64,000 bases of DNA, from positions 928,001-992,000 of the forward strand of contig CAWHBU010000003.1 of the NCBI GenBank assembly GCA_963827685.1. The letters are read 5' to 3'. Under the pieces are notes generated by a model. The model saw nothing but the letters and a program-made list of their open reading frames with translations, had not been told where the DNA came from and made no database searches. Source of the stretch: an uncultured delta proteobacterium. GTDB taxonomy: Bacteria; Desulfobacterota; BSN033; UBA1163. This document shows positions 19,646 through 30,098 of this stretch, piece by piece; position 1 is the first letter of the stretch; the number at the start of each line of letters is the position of its first letter. Both the position numbers and the translations under genes were made by a program.

Positions 19646-20824
19646 ATGAAAGATCTTCTTAATCTCTTCCGCTGGCAAGATGCTTTAGACATTTTCATTC
19701 TCACCTATATTTTCTATCGCCTCTACCTCTGGCTTAGAAAGAAAAAAGCTCTGCGAATGATCCTCGGCATTTTGGCTTTGCCTCTTTTTTATCTTTTTGC
19801 TCAGTGGATCGACTTACCTCTTTCGGTATGGGGGCTCCAGAATCTCTGGCCGGTGATCGTTATTATTCTGGTCGTGATCTTCCAGCAAGAGATCAGAGAA
19901 GTGCTGGGAAATATCAGCCTTCCCTCTTTTTTCTTTGGAAGGCTTGAAGGACTCACTTCGAAAACGATTGATCACATTACAGAGGCCGCCTTTCAAATGG
20001 CGAATAGGAAAATTGGCGGTTTAATCGTTCTTCAGAGAGGAGACGATCTCGAAGAGATCATTCGTGAAAAAACTCTTTTGGATGCGGAGATCAATGAAGA
20101 TATCCTGGTCAGTATTTTTAATTCTCAATCTCCGTTACATGATGGTGCCGTCATTATCCAGAGAGGCCGAATTCAGTACGCCGCCGCGCTTCTTCCCCTA
20201 TCCAAATCCACTTCCCTGCCCAAAGAGTGGGGAACCCGGCATCGTGCCGGGGTAGGCATCACGGAAGTTTCAGACGGAGACTGCATTATCATCTCAGAAG
20301 AGAGGGGGGAGGTTTTGTTAGCTTCCAAGGGGGCGGTCGAAAAGAAACAAGGAAAGGAAGACTTAAAGAAAAGCCTTGCCGATTTGACTCCAATGGGAGA
20401 CACAAAAGACAAGGAGTGGACATGGCCTAAAAAACTCTTTAAGGATATTCCAATAAAAGTTCTCTTTCTCCTCTTAGTATGTCTGCTCTGGGTCTTTGTG
20501 ATTGGTGTCCGCCAAGGAGAGGTTAGTTTTAATATCCCCATTGAATATTATTCCATGCCTCAGAATTTAGAAATTGTCGGTGAGCCTCCCAAAGAGGTGA
20601 ATGTACGGGTCAGAGGATCACAAAGGCTCCTCTCTTCTATTAAGCCCGATTATGTCAGAGTTCAAGTAAATCTTTCCAATGCTCATGTGGGAACCAATCA
20701 GATTGCCCTTTCTGAAGCGAGCATCGCGACCCGTCCTGGAATAACGATCACCAGCTTCTACCCTCGGAATATCAAGCTTGTCCTCTCGCCTGTTTCCAAT
20801 TCCAATAGAAATAGAAAACCCTGA
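19646..20824 (+). CDS. dacA: Diadenylate cyclase (CdaA type) fused to a YbbR/CdaR-like domain
   Basis: Three N-terminal TM helices, FQQEIR, LHDGA, GTRHRA; then a TM helix and PKEVNVRVRG YbbR-like region. Confidence 0.9.
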   Translation: MKDLLNLFRWQDALDIFILTYIFYRLYLWLRKKKALRMILGILALPLFYLFAQWIDLPLSVWGLQNLWPVIVIILVVIFQQEIREVLGNISLPSFFFGRLEGLTSKTIDHITEAAFQMANRKIGGLIVLQRGDDLEEIIREKTLLDAEINEDILVSIFNSQSPLHDGAVIIQRGRIQYAAALLPLSKSTSLPKEWGTRHRAGVGITEVSDGDCIIISEERGEVLLASKGAVEKKQGKEDLKKSLADLTPMGDTKDKEWTWPKKLFKDIPIKVLFLLLVCLLWVFVIGVRQGEVSFNIPIEYYSMPQNLEIVGEPPKEVNVRVRGSQRLLSSIKPDYVRVQVNLSNAHVGTNQIALSEASIATRPGITITSFYPRNIKLVLSPVSNSNRNRKP

Positions 20825-20861
20825 GCTGTCCCTGTTCTTTCATGACTCCAACAGAAAGGAA

Positions 20862-21104
20862 CCCAAATCCGAATTTAGAAAATTGTCATTGCGAGCGGAC
20901 TGAAGCAATCTCGCTTTTTTCGATTGGATTGCCACGCTTGCGCGCCGGAGCGCTTCAGCGCGCAGGCACGCCTGCGTGCCGGAACGTTTGGCTGCACATA
21001 TCTGCTTCAACAAAGGCAAGCACTTCGGCGTGCAGGCACGCACCTTTCAGGTGCTCGCAATGCCGGAATGGGAAATGGGTTTCGTTCTCTAAATCGGAAT
21101 TTGG
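20862..21104. repeat. Composite nested repeat, copy 1
   Basis: Outer IR CCCAAATCCGAATTTAG/CTAAATCGGAATTTGG; 82-bp core 20967-21048 identical to 59475-59556. Confidence 0.9.
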
Positions 21105-21164
21105 TGGGAATCAAACTTGCCCTACCCCAGTTTTTTAGAAGTGCTGAGCTTTTTTAGGAGCAAG

Positions 21165-21332
21165 CCACCAGGCCAAGCCCCTCAGAGAGGCTTCACAGGC
21201 CGCGCCGCTTCGCGCTTGGGCACATGGATCTCAACGTTATAAGGAAGTCTCCTATCTTCCTCGGTCAGGTTACAAATACCTCTCTAAGAAATCGGCCTTA
21301 TGAAGCCTCGAGGAGGGGGTTGGCCTGGTGGC
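21165..21332. repeat. Long imperfect inverted repeat (MITE-like)
   Basis: GCCACCAGGCCAAGCCC...GAGGCTTCA...GGCCG pairs with CGGCC...TGAAGCCTC...GGGTTGGCCTGGTGGC. Confidence 0.6.
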
Positions 21333-21441
21333 AAGTACCATCCATTTCAGTCGGTCTGGAAAGGATAAGGAAAAACTGGGAGTGGGCAAGAGGAATCAAA
21401 TCATTGACACCCTTTTCCCCTTTCTGATAATATCCTCACGA

Positions 21442-22464
21442 ATGAAAAGACTGAATGCCATCACAGACGTTCCAGGGATCAAGGTTGGCCATGCCAGTGA
21501 CTTCAAGGCCTTGACCGGCTGCACTGTCATCCTCTGTGAAGAAGGGGCAATCGGAGCCGTCGACATCCGCGGGACAGCAGCCGGGACGAGACAGATCGAC
21601 GCCCTCACCCCCCTCCATCTGGTTGATAAAATTCATGCCATTCTCCTGGCTGGCGGAAGTGCTTTTGGCTTGGATGCCGCGGGAGGAGTGATGGCCTATC
21701 TGGAGGAGAGAAGAAAGGGGTTTGGTGAGGCCATAAAAATCCCTATCGTGCCTACTGCTGTGATTTTTGATTTTGGAATCGGTGATTTCCGTATAAGGCC
21801 GGATCGCGAGATGGGATATCAGGCCTGTCTCAATGTTTCAAAAAATGTGGAAGAAGGAAGTGTTGGGGTTGGAGCCGGAGCCACGGTGGGAAAGCTTTTT
21901 GGGATGGAGCGGGCGATGAAGGGGGGTTTGGGCACCTCAAGTATTCAAGGGCCCAAAGGGCTTATAGTGGGGGGCCTCGTCGTCGTCAACGCCTTCGGTG
22001 ATGTGTTTGATCCTGGATCTAACCAAATTCTAGCAGGGGCAAGGAAATCCAAAGAAGGTTTCCAATTAGCCAATTCATCGAAGTGGATGAAAAAAGGGGT
22101 GACCCGGAAACAGTTTGCGGCCGTCACCCCGTCTGATTCCGATGCTTTTAATACAACCCTCGGGGTGATAGCCACCAACGCCAATCTAACCAAGAAAGAG
22201 GCACATCAGGTCGCGCAGATCGCCCACTCGGGTTTGGCTAAGGTCATCTCACCCCTTCATACAACTTTCGATGGAGATTTAATCTTTGCCATCTCCTATG
22301 GAAAGAAAAAGGCCGACGTGAATACCGTCGGACTTCTTGGAGAAGCGGTGTTAATCGGGTCAGTCAAAAGGGCTGTGACCCTGGCAAAAGGATTTGGGGT
22401 GATCCCTGCATATCAAGATATTGCGGCTCGAAAGCGACGCTTCACCGGAAATAGAGGACCCTGA
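21442..22464 (+). CDS. DmpA-like peptidase (S58/P1 family)
   Basis: ITDVPGIKVGH, GGSAFGL, EGSVGVGAGA, NTTLGVIATNA, DGDLIF. Confidence 0.9.
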   Translation: MKRLNAITDVPGIKVGHASDFKALTGCTVILCEEGAIGAVDIRGTAAGTRQIDALTPLHLVDKIHAILLAGGSAFGLDAAGGVMAYLEERRKGFGEAIKIPIVPTAVIFDFGIGDFRIRPDREMGYQACLNVSKNVEEGSVGVGAGATVGKLFGMERAMKGGLGTSSIQGPKGLIVGGLVVVNAFGDVFDPGSNQILAGARKSKEGFQLANSSKWMKKGVTRKQFAAVTPSDSDAFNTTLGVIATNANLTKKEAHQVAQIAHSGLAKVISPLHTTFDGDLIFAISYGKKKADVNTVGLLGEAVLIGSVKRAVTLAKGFGVIPAYQDIAARKRRFTGNRGP

Positions 22465-22476
22465 GCGAAATCTCGC

Positions 22477-23076
22477 ATGGAAATATTAAATCTATTAAAA
22501 TCCCGGAGGTCCATTCGGGTTTACCAAGACAAACCCATTCCACAAGATCTTCTCCTCCAGATCCTCGAGGCAGGAAGGTGGGCCCCGACTGGAGCAAATC
22601 TCCAGCCCTGGCACTTCATCGTCGTGACGGATCAAGAGACGAGAAGACAGATCGGAGAGGTCGCCCGATTTCTTTTCATCAAATCATCCCATGTGGGAAG
22701 GGCCCCCGTGGTCATCGTCCTGGGCTTCGACAGCCGAAAGGGAAAATACGGAAGGTACGATGTGACGCTGGCAGGAGCAAATATGATGACCATGGCCGCA
22801 CACCTTGGCCTTGGAACTTGTTGGATTGGTGCCTTTGATGAGTCGAAGGTAAGAGAGATTCTTGAGATTCCGGAAAACATCGGAGTCATCGGTCTCATCA
22901 CACTGGGTTATGCTGGAGAGGAGGCGGAAGTTCCTCCGCGGGTGGAGCTGGAGAAGATCGTTCATTGGGAGTCCTGGTCCAATGTAAGGAGACAAACCTT
23001 GAGGAATGGAATGCTTCAATCAGGACCTCTCTCACTGACCAAGAAGTTCTTCAGAAAACGAAAATCAAGTGAATGA
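22477..23076 (+). CDS. Nitroreductase family protein
   Basis: RRSIRVY, APTGANLQPWHF, GLGTCWIG. Confidence 0.9.
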   Translation: MEILNLLKSRRSIRVYQDKPIPQDLLLQILEAGRWAPTGANLQPWHFIVVTDQETRRQIGEVARFLFIKSSHVGRAPVVIVLGFDSRKGKYGRYDVTLAGANMMTMAAHLGLGTCWIGAFDESKVREILEIPENIGVIGLITLGYAGEEAEVPPRVELEKIVHWESWSNVRRQTLRNGMLQSGPLSLTKKFFRKRKSSE

Positions 23077-23182
23077 ATCGAGAGGATTCAAGGATTCAAG
23101 GGGTCGGGCAAAGACTCGACTAATTAGATACTCGAACCCTGGAACCCTCGAATCCTAGAACCCCTTTTCAAGGAGAGAAATT

Positions 23183-23940
23183 ATGGATGAACTATTGATT
23201 CGAAGGGCGGCGAAGGATATTCTCAATTCAAAAAAAACGATCGCTTTTACTGGAGCGGGTATTTCTGTAGAGAGCGGTATTCCTGATTTTCGGGGGCTCA
23301 GGGTCTCTGGCAAAAATATGATCCCGAGGAATATGCCCACATCAATACCTTTTATTCGGACCCCGATCGGGTCTGGTTGATGCTGAAAGATATGTTCTCC
23401 CTCATCATGTCGGCAAAACCCAACCCTGCCCATATTGGATTGGCTGAATTGGAAAAAATGGGTTACCTCTCCTCGGTCATCACTCAGAATGTGGATGGTC
23501 TTCACCAGGCAGCAGGAAGCCGCCGTGTGATTGAATTTCATGGGAGTCACAGGACGCTCTCTTGTTTGAAGTGCTCGACCACGATCGATGGAACGTCACT
23601 CAAATTTGAGGATCTGCCTCCCCGGTGTCCCCGGTGTTCATCGCTTTTGAAACCCGATGTCGTCTTTTTTGGAGAACCTATCCCCTGGGAGGCTCAGGTC
23701 TCGTCATTGAAAGAATCCCAATCATGCAGTGCCGTGCTCGTCATCGGAACCTCTGCCGTCGTCTATCCAGCAGCCTCCATTCCCATTACAGCCAAAGAGA
23801 GAGGCGCCACGGTCATTGAAATCAATACGGAGCCCACTCCCTTGACCTATCAGATATCAGATTATCTGATCTCGGGCTGCGCCGGTGAAATCATCCCCGC
23901 CATTGTCGAAGAAGTAAAGCGCACAAACCCCCTTCATTAA
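23183..23940 (+). pseudogene. cobB: NAD-dependent deacylase (sirtuin) with a 1-nt frameshift at the G5 run 23292-23296
   Basis: TGAGISVESGIPDFRG is in one frame; GLWQKYDP...TQNVDGLH...HGS...CxxC..CxxC..KPDVVFFGE...GTS is in another. Confidence 0.85.
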
Positions 23941-23954
23941 CCCCTCTCCCCCTG

Positions 23955-24209
23955 GAGACTGTGTCGTAATGTTGACTACGCAGAAAGATGAATTCTTCCA
24001 TGTTAGAGAATGCCAAGTTGATAGGGGACAGGCGGCTGGCTGAGGAAGCTTTAGGGCGGAACCTTTTATCAGGTAAATTCATACGCATACACTTCATGAA
24101 AACAACACTTTCGATGACAAGAATGATTGACCATACCTTTCAATAATCCGCAATTCTAAAGCTTCCGAAGCTTGTCACCTGTCCCTCACTGCGATTACAA
24201 CACAGTCTC
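23955..24209. mobile_element. 255-bp MITE inserted in a CCCCTCTCCC-type REP
   Basis: TIR GAGACTGTGT(C/T)GTAAT (15/16 match), flanking CTG duplication. Confidence 0.8.
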
Positions 24210-24393
24210 CTGGGAGAAGAGGGCAAGGGTGAGGGAGAAAAGTCAGGATTATTGCAATCTGGGGTTCAAGGTGATATGATTCATTGATATTAGACAACCC
24301 TTTTTGCCTGCTTTTTTCGCCTGACATGGCCAAAAAAAGTAGGCGTTAGGCCTGCCTGCGGTAGGCAGGCGATTTTGGGGTGAAGGTTCATTT

Positions 24394-25389
24394 TTGAAAG
24401 AACAACCAGACGCAACCGTCGAAAAGGTGATCTTTGATGATCTCCAAATGGCCAATGCCCTTTTCGGCGCTCACAGTGAAAATTTAAGGCGCATTGCCAG
24501 GACCACTGGAGTGAAGATCAATGCCAAAGGCAATGGTCTCACCATCCAAGGGGAAGACTTAGATGTCGATCTTTCAATCCGTGTTTTGAACAGCCTTTAC
24601 GCCCTCCTGAAAAAAGGGTACCCCCTTTATCCAACCGATATCGATTATGCCATTCGAATGATCTCCGACGATCAGAATGTTAACCTCGAAGACGTCTTTC
24701 TCGATACCGTTTATATCTCATCCAGGAAGCGGGTGATCACACCCAAAAGTCTGGCCCAGAAACGTTATATTGAGGCGATTCGAAAATACGATCTGGTGAT
24801 CGGGATTGGCCCTGCCGGAACAGGGAAAACCTATCTGGCCATGGCCATGGCGGTGACCAGTCTCATGAAGCAGGAAGTTGAGAGGATCGTCCTGACTCGC
24901 CCTGCGGTAGAAGCCGGTGAGAAGTTGGGATTTCTTCCCGGAGATATTTCGGAGAAGGTCAATCCTTATCTTCGTCCCCTCTACGATGCCCTGCATGATA
25001 TGATGGATTTCGACCGAGCCTCCAAACTCGTGGAGAGGGGGGTAATTGAAGTGGCTCCCTTAGCCTTTATGAGGGGAAGAACTCTCAACGATTCCTTCGT
25101 CATCCTCGACGAGGCACAAAATACAGGGCCAGAGCAGATGAAGATGTTTTTGACGCGATTGGGCTACAGTTCCAAGGCTGTCATCACAGGAGATATCACC
25201 CAGGTGGACCTTCCAGAAAATAAAGTCTCGGGGTTGGTCGAAGTCCAGGGCATTCTCAAAGGAATCGAAGGGATTGAATTTGTTTATTTCTCGGACAGGG
25301 ATGTCGTCAGACATCCCCTTGTTCAGGAGATTATCAAGGCCTATGAAAGAGCGGAGGAACGGCGACACCGCCCCAAGAACTCTCTTTAA
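24394..25389 (+). CDS. phoH: PhoH-family ATPase
   Basis: [48 protein letters not shown]. Confidence 0.95.
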   Translation: MKEQPDATVEKVIFDDLQMANALFGAHSENLRRIARTTGVKINAKGNGLTIQGEDLDVDLSIRVLNSLYALLKKGYPLYPTDIDYAIRMISDDQNVNLEDVFLDTVYISSRKRVITPKSLAQKRYIEAIRKYDLVIGIGPAGTGKTYLAMAMAVTSLMKQEVERIVLTRPAVEAGEKLGFLPGDISEKVNPYLRPLYDALHDMMDFDRASKLVERGVIEVAPLAFMRGRTLNDSFVILDEAQNTGPEQMKMFLTRLGYSSKAVITGDITQVDLPENKVSGLVEVQGILKGIEGIEFVYFSDRDVVRHPLVQEIIKAYERAEERRHRPKNSL

Positions 25390-25395
25390 CGACCT

Positions 25396-27747
25396 ATGAT
25401 GAAAACATCTATAAAAAAATTCATTCTTGGCCTTCCCTTTCTCAAAACGACCAATGACCTGAGAGATCGCACATGGCTGGAGAAGATCAAAACCCCTTCT
25501 TATCAGAAGTGGTTTATCGGCATTGGAATGGCTATTCTTCTCAGCCTCCTTCTCTCACCGAGCCTGACCCTCCGCGTGAAAGAATACAAGGTGGGAGACA
25601 TCGCGACCAAGGAAATCAAATCCAATCAGGTTCTTCTAGTCGAGGATGAAAGGTCAACTCAGGAAAAACGCACCGAGGCGGAAAGAGCTGTGCCCTCCAT
25701 CTACGACTATGATCCGTCTGTCTTCAGCGATGCGGAGAATCGAATCCAACCTGCTTTTGCATCCTTGTCCACCTCTTTCCAGAAAGGGGAGAAAGGAATA
25801 GATCAAAATGCTCTGAGGAAAAAAGTATGGGATTCCTCCCTGAACCTTCCTCTCACGCAAAGGGAATGGCATATTTTGGAAAAAGAACACTTCAATCCCG
25901 CTGTCGGAGAAACCGCCTTGAAATGGATCGCTCCCATCCTCAAAAAGGGGATTGTCAATGATAAAGAATTTCTTGACTCAGACGCTGAGAAAGGAATCGT
26001 CATCCGGAATATCCAGACCCGTGAGGACAGGAGACCCTTTCCTCCTTTCACCTTTTTAGATTTTAAGGAGGCAAAGGCAAAGCTCCGGGCTCAGGCGGAT
26101 CACGCTTCCCCTGTTCTCGGGAAAGAATTATCCCCCATCGCTTTAAAAATCGCCGAACATGTCCTGAGGCCCAACCTCACCTTCAATAAAGATGAGACCC
26201 AAGAACGAAAGACGAAAGCAAGGGAGAAGGTCAACCCCGTCTATTTTCAAATTAAGAGAGGAGAGGTCATTCTGAGGGCCGGGGATCGGGTTCAGGAAGA
26301 GCATCTTTTAATCATCCGGGCCCTGAGGAAGGCACAGGAGAGAACTCACCTCCTGGCCATCCTGATCGGAATGGGCCTTCTGACGTTCCTCATCTTAGCG
26401 AGTCTCTATCAATTCTCTACGCAAAATATCCGAAAGATCGCCCTTTCCCAGAAAGATCTCCTTTTCTTCTCCACGGCTTTGCTTGGGATCATTGCCTTCC
26501 TGAAACTCTTTCAGCTGAGTGCGGATGTTCTGGGAGGAGAATTTTTCTCCATCCCTGCCTCTTCTTACCTTTATCTCTTTCCAATCGCCACGGGTGCGAT
26601 GCTCGTTCGGATCGTCCTCAATTCAGAGGTAGCCATTGTCTTCTCCCTCCTGGCCAGTTATTTCTCTGCCGCGCTCATGGGGAATCAACTTTTCTACTTC
26701 ATCTTCGCCTTTGTGGGAAGCGTGATCGGTGCTCATAAGGTGGCACGATGCGAACAGAGGAACATCCTGATCAAGGCCGGAATCACCGTGGGCGGCATCA
26801 ACACCTTAATGATCCTCGCTTACAATCTGCTTTCCGAAAATCCTTTCAAAATGACCATTCTCTCTGATCTGTCGATGGGTTTTCTGGGGGGTCTCCTGGC
26901 TTCGGTCCTTGTCCTGGGAATCGTTCCCATTGTGGAAATTGTTTTCGGTTACACCACGGACATCAAACTGCTCGAATTGGCCAATATGGACCATCCCGTC
27001 CTCAAAGACTTGATTCTTCAGGCCCCCGGTACCTATCACCACAGCATCATTGTCGGGAGTTTGGTGGAGGCCGCCGCCAAATCCATCGGTGCCAATCCTT
27101 TGTTGACAAGGGTCAGCGCTTATTACCATGATATTGGAAAGTTGAAAAAACCCCTCTACTTCATTGAAAACGTGGGCGGGGAAGATAATAAACACGAGCA
27201 TCTCACTCCCACGATGTCGGCCCTCATCCTCATTTCGCATGTGAAGGACGGGGTGGAGATGGCTCGTGAAAATCGTCTGGGCGAACGCATCGGCCACATC
27301 ATTCAACAACATCACGGGACCAGTCTGATCTCCTACTTCTATCAAAAGGCCAAGGAAAAAGAGAATCCGGAGATGGAGTCGGTCAATGAGGAGGATTTTC
27401 GTTATCCCGGTCCCAAACCCCAGACCAAAGAGGCGGGGATCGTCATGCTGGCCGATTCGGTAGAGGCCGCCTCTCGCGCCCTCACCGATCCCACCCCTTC
27501 TCGAATCACAAGCCTCGTCCAACGGGTGACGAACAACATCTTCTTAGATGGACAGATGGAAGAGTGTGAATTGACTCTGAAGGATTTACAAAAGATCCAG
27601 GAGAGTTTTAATCGGATCCTGACTGCTATTTTTCACCAGAGAGTGGATTATCTTCCAGAAGTCTCCGAAGCCACTAAGAAATGGACCAATGAGAATATCG
27701 ATCCAAAATCGGCAAAAACGCATCCTCCTAAACTTAAAAAAAGTTAG
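25396..27747 (+). CDS. 7TM-HD (HDIG) phosphohydrolase, PgpH/YqfF-like
   Basis: Extracytoplasmic domain, TM bundle, APGTYHHS, YYHDIGK, QHHGT, LADSVEAA. Confidence 0.9.
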   Translation: MMKTSIKKFILGLPFLKTTNDLRDRTWLEKIKTPSYQKWFIGIGMAILLSLLLSPSLTLRVKEYKVGDIATKEIKSNQVLLVEDERSTQEKRTEAERAVPSIYDYDPSVFSDAENRIQPAFASLSTSFQKGEKGIDQNALRKKVWDSSLNLPLTQREWHILEKEHFNPAVGETALKWIAPILKKGIVNDKEFLDSDAEKGIVIRNIQTREDRRPFPPFTFLDFKEAKAKLRAQADHASPVLGKELSPIALKIAEHVLRPNLTFNKDETQERKTKAREKVNPVYFQIKRGEVILRAGDRVQEEHLLIIRALRKAQERTHLLAILIGMGLLTFLILASLYQFSTQNIRKIALSQKDLLFFSTALLGIIAFLKLFQLSADVLGGEFFSIPASSYLYLFPIATGAMLVRIVLNSEVAIVFSLLASYFSAALMGNQLFYFIFAFVGSVIGAHKVARCEQRNILIKAGITVGGINTLMILAYNLLSENPFKMTILSDLSMGFLGGLLASVLVLGIVPIVEIVFGYTTDIKLLELANMDHPVLKDLILQAPGTYHHSIIVGSLVEAAAKSIGANPLLTRVSAYYHDIGKLKKPLYFIENVGGEDNKHEHLTPTMSALILISHVKDGVEMARENRLGERIGHIIQQHHGTSLISYFYQKAKEKENPEMESVNEEDFRYPGPKPQTKEAGIVMLADSVEAASRALTDPTPSRITSLVQRVTNNIFLDGQMEECELTLKDLQKIQESFNRILTAIFHQRVDYLPEVSEATKKWTNENIDPKSAKTHPPKLKKS

Positions 27748-28132
27748 AAGGGCGACCCAAAGAATATTGACCGAATTGGGGCTTCTTGATGCCGAGCTGA
27801 GCCTCCTTTTGGTCGATGATGCCCGGATCCAAGATCTGAATCGACGCTATCTCAATCGTGACAAACCCACCAATGTCCTGGCCTTCCCCATGAGAGAGGG
27901 AGAATTTTCAACCCTCCATCCCCAGCTCCTCGGTGACCTGGTGATTTCCGTTGAGACGGCCAAGCGCCAATCGAACCGTTTCGGCCTCGATGAAATGGAA
28001 ATGGTGATCCTTCTGATGATCCATGGAGTCCTGCACTTGATCGGCTACGAGCATGAAGGGACGAAAAAAGGGGCCCGGGAGATGGCCCTCAAGCAGAAAG
28101 AACTCTTCCGCCACGCCATCCAGAAGGTCTGA
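27689..28132 (+). CDS. ybeY: Endoribonuclease YbeY
   Basis: DKPTNVLAF, LGDLVIS, HGVLHLIGYEH. Confidence 0.95.
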   Translation: MRISIQNRQKRILLNLKKVRRATQRILTELGLLDAELSLLLVDDARIQDLNRRYLNRDKPTNVLAFPMREGEFSTLHPQLLGDLVISVETAKRQSNRFGLDEMEMVILLMIHGVLHLIGYEHEGTKKGAREMALKQKELFRHAIQKV

Positions 28133-28473
28133 TCCAGGTATTTTAAGTTGCCTCTTTATCCCAAAAGTTGTGTGGGGGCTATCCAAAATCTTCATGCAAG
28201 TAAAGAGTATCCTCTATTTCTTCCTGAAATTTTCCATTCCGTAATTTCAAAAAATGGTATATATTGGCATCGAAAATTAACAATAGAAATAACCCAGGTT
28301 CAACAGAATAATTTGTTAGTAAATTATATGGATTCGGAATAATGTTGTTCAAAACGTTCTTTTGTGGAAAATAAGCCATAAAGGAGTGCTATTTTAAACA
28401 AACAATGAGGCTTTTGAGCCTTAATTTAAACAAAATACCGAATCAGCTTAAAAAATAAGTTATCCCTGATAAA

Positions 28474-29364
28474 ATGAATAATAGAATGAAGCCAAGGAGC
28501 ACATATTTTGAAACAGCATTATTGTCGCTGCTTCTAATATTTCTCTGTGCGTGTACCAAATCACCAGAACCCGCGGATCGCGTTCATGGCAACCTTGGCA
28601 CGAAGTATTGGGAGCAGGGTAAACTTGAACTGGCGGAAATCGAAATGAAAAAAGCCATTGAGCTAAACCCTAATTCTTCGGCCTGGCACCAAAATCTCGG
28701 CGTGATTTATAAATCAATGGGTCGCGAAGACGAAGCCATCAATGAATTTGAAACTGCGCTAAGAATCAATCGTAATTGGGGCACCGCACCGAAGGTGCCC
28801 GTATTAATTGAAATAGGGTATTACCACTATTCCAAGAGAAACTATGGGCGCTCCATCAAAGCCTATGAGGCTGCCTTGAACGAAACAAAGGAAGCCACTA
28901 ACCCCGAGACGCTCAACAGAATATATTCATATCTCTCTTACATCTACACCGATGGGTCACCCGAAACGAACCAATTCTATGATTTAGAAAAGGCATCCTA
29001 CTATAAAACAAAAGCTTATGAGTTGGCCCCCGATGACCTATTTGTTAAGGCGTCATTAACGAAACTCTTAATCCTGCAGGAGAAGCACGAAGAGGCTGAG
29101 ACTAGTCTTAAAGAGATTGAAAAGAAGTTGAGAGTTTCACCTGATCCAAATGGAGCCGTATTTGCATACTTGGGTCACATTTATTCCCTCCTCAACAGGG
29201 CAGACGACTGCGCAAGGGTTATGCGGCAGGCAATCAAGTTACAGCCGAGCCAAGCAAAGTATTTACTGAATGAATTGGATCGTGACTTCAAAAACGTTGC
29301 AGCCTCTCCCGCGATGAAGCAGGTTATTGAAGAAGCGCGCTCCACAATAAAGAAAGGTGGCTAA
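28474..29364 (+). CDS. TPR-containing putative lipoprotein (cassette ORF)
   Basis: Lipobox-like FLCAC; TPR motifs (HGNLG...AIELNP, HQNLG); stop codon lies in the attC core. Confidence 0.8.
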   Translation: MNNRMKPRSTYFETALLSLLLIFLCACTKSPEPADRVHGNLGTKYWEQGKLELAEIEMKKAIELNPNSSAWHQNLGVIYKSMGREDEAINEFETALRINRNWGTAPKVPVLIEIGYYHYSKRNYGRSIKAYEAALNETKEATNPETLNRIYSYLSYIYTDGSPETNQFYDLEKASYYKTKAYELAPDDLFVKASLTKLLILQEKHEEAETSLKEIEKKLRVSPDPNGAVFAYLGHIYSLLNRADDCARVMRQAIKLQPSQAKYLLNELDRDFKNVAASPAMKQVIEEARSTIKKGG

Positions 29365-29445
29365 CCACCGCATCAACCTGACGCGGATTAGCCGTCAGGT
29401 TTTAGCATTGGTGGTCGCCCGCGCAGGTTATGCAAATCGTTGAAT
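29359..29445 (+). mobile_element. Integron attC site
   Basis: GGCTAAC core ... GCATCAACCTGACGCGG / CCGCGCAGGTTATGC arms with extra-helical bases ... GTTGAAT (GTTRRRY). Confidence 0.75.
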
Positions 29446-29476
29446 TGGAGATAGACAGGTGAAATGTCTGACAGCA

Positions 29477-30088
29477 CTAATTGAAGATCCAGAGTTTTCG
29501 GAGGCGCTCAAAGCGTTTAAGGAAAGCAAGCTCTTCAGAGGTCAACAAGGCAGGAGCGATTCTCTTTTTCAATTTCAGCAATCCCCCAAAATCCACCCGC
29601 CTGATCAGAGGAAAAAGATAACGCCGGAAGAATCCTCTTTCCTTAAAAGCGAAACTGCTGTTGAAGTCAATGAGATAAGGGTCCCCTTTTTCTGAAACAA
29701 GGATGTTCCCCTTATGCCTTAAATCCATGTGGACTACTCCTCTTTCATGAACATCTCCAAGGATTCTTTCTAATTCATGGAAAAAAGAAGGCGGTAGTGA
29801 GTCTCCTCTCAGGATGGGCTTCCCCGGGACGTACTCCATGGTAAAGGCAAAACGGTCAATCCGCTCGATGGACTGCGGAACGCCCTTGATCCCGACAAGA
29901 CGGGAATAGATCTTCCATTCTTTATGGATCAACCAAAGTCCTAGTGTCCATCGCAGAAAAAAAGTTTTTCTCCGGACATCCTTTACCATCAGCGATCGAC
30001 CCGCCACCTCTACCTGATTCAAGTCAGGCTTCCCACACCTCCCCTTGACACAGAAGACGATTCCGCGTTCAAAATCTTCTCGCTTCAC
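29477..30088 (-). CDS. Kdo/WaaP/RIO-like kinase
   Basis: VKD, MEYVPG, HERGVVHMDLRHKGNIL, LIDF. Confidence 0.8.
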   Translation of the reverse strand: MKREDFERGIVFCVKGRCGKPDLNQVEVAGRSLMVKDVRRKTFFLRWTLGLWLIHKEWKIYSRLVGIKGVPQSIERIDRFAFTMEYVPGKPILRGDSLPPSFFHELERILGDVHERGVVHMDLRHKGNILVSEKGDPYLIDFNSSFAFKERGFFRRYLFPLIRRVDFGGLLKLKKRIAPALLTSEELAFLKRFERLRKLWIFN

Positions 30089-30098
30089 TTCTTATCCT

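Noticed and set aside
20840-21157. Short ORFs shared with 59462-59839
   Set aside because: Translations of the non-coding nested repeat
23080-23160. GGATTCAA/GAACCCT octamer runs as a regulatory array
   Set aside because: Short low-complexity inverted repeat; no evidence of function
23183-23380. Selenocysteine readthrough or programmed frameshift in cobB
   Set aside because: The break is a frame change, not an in-frame TGA, and there is no canonical slippery heptamer
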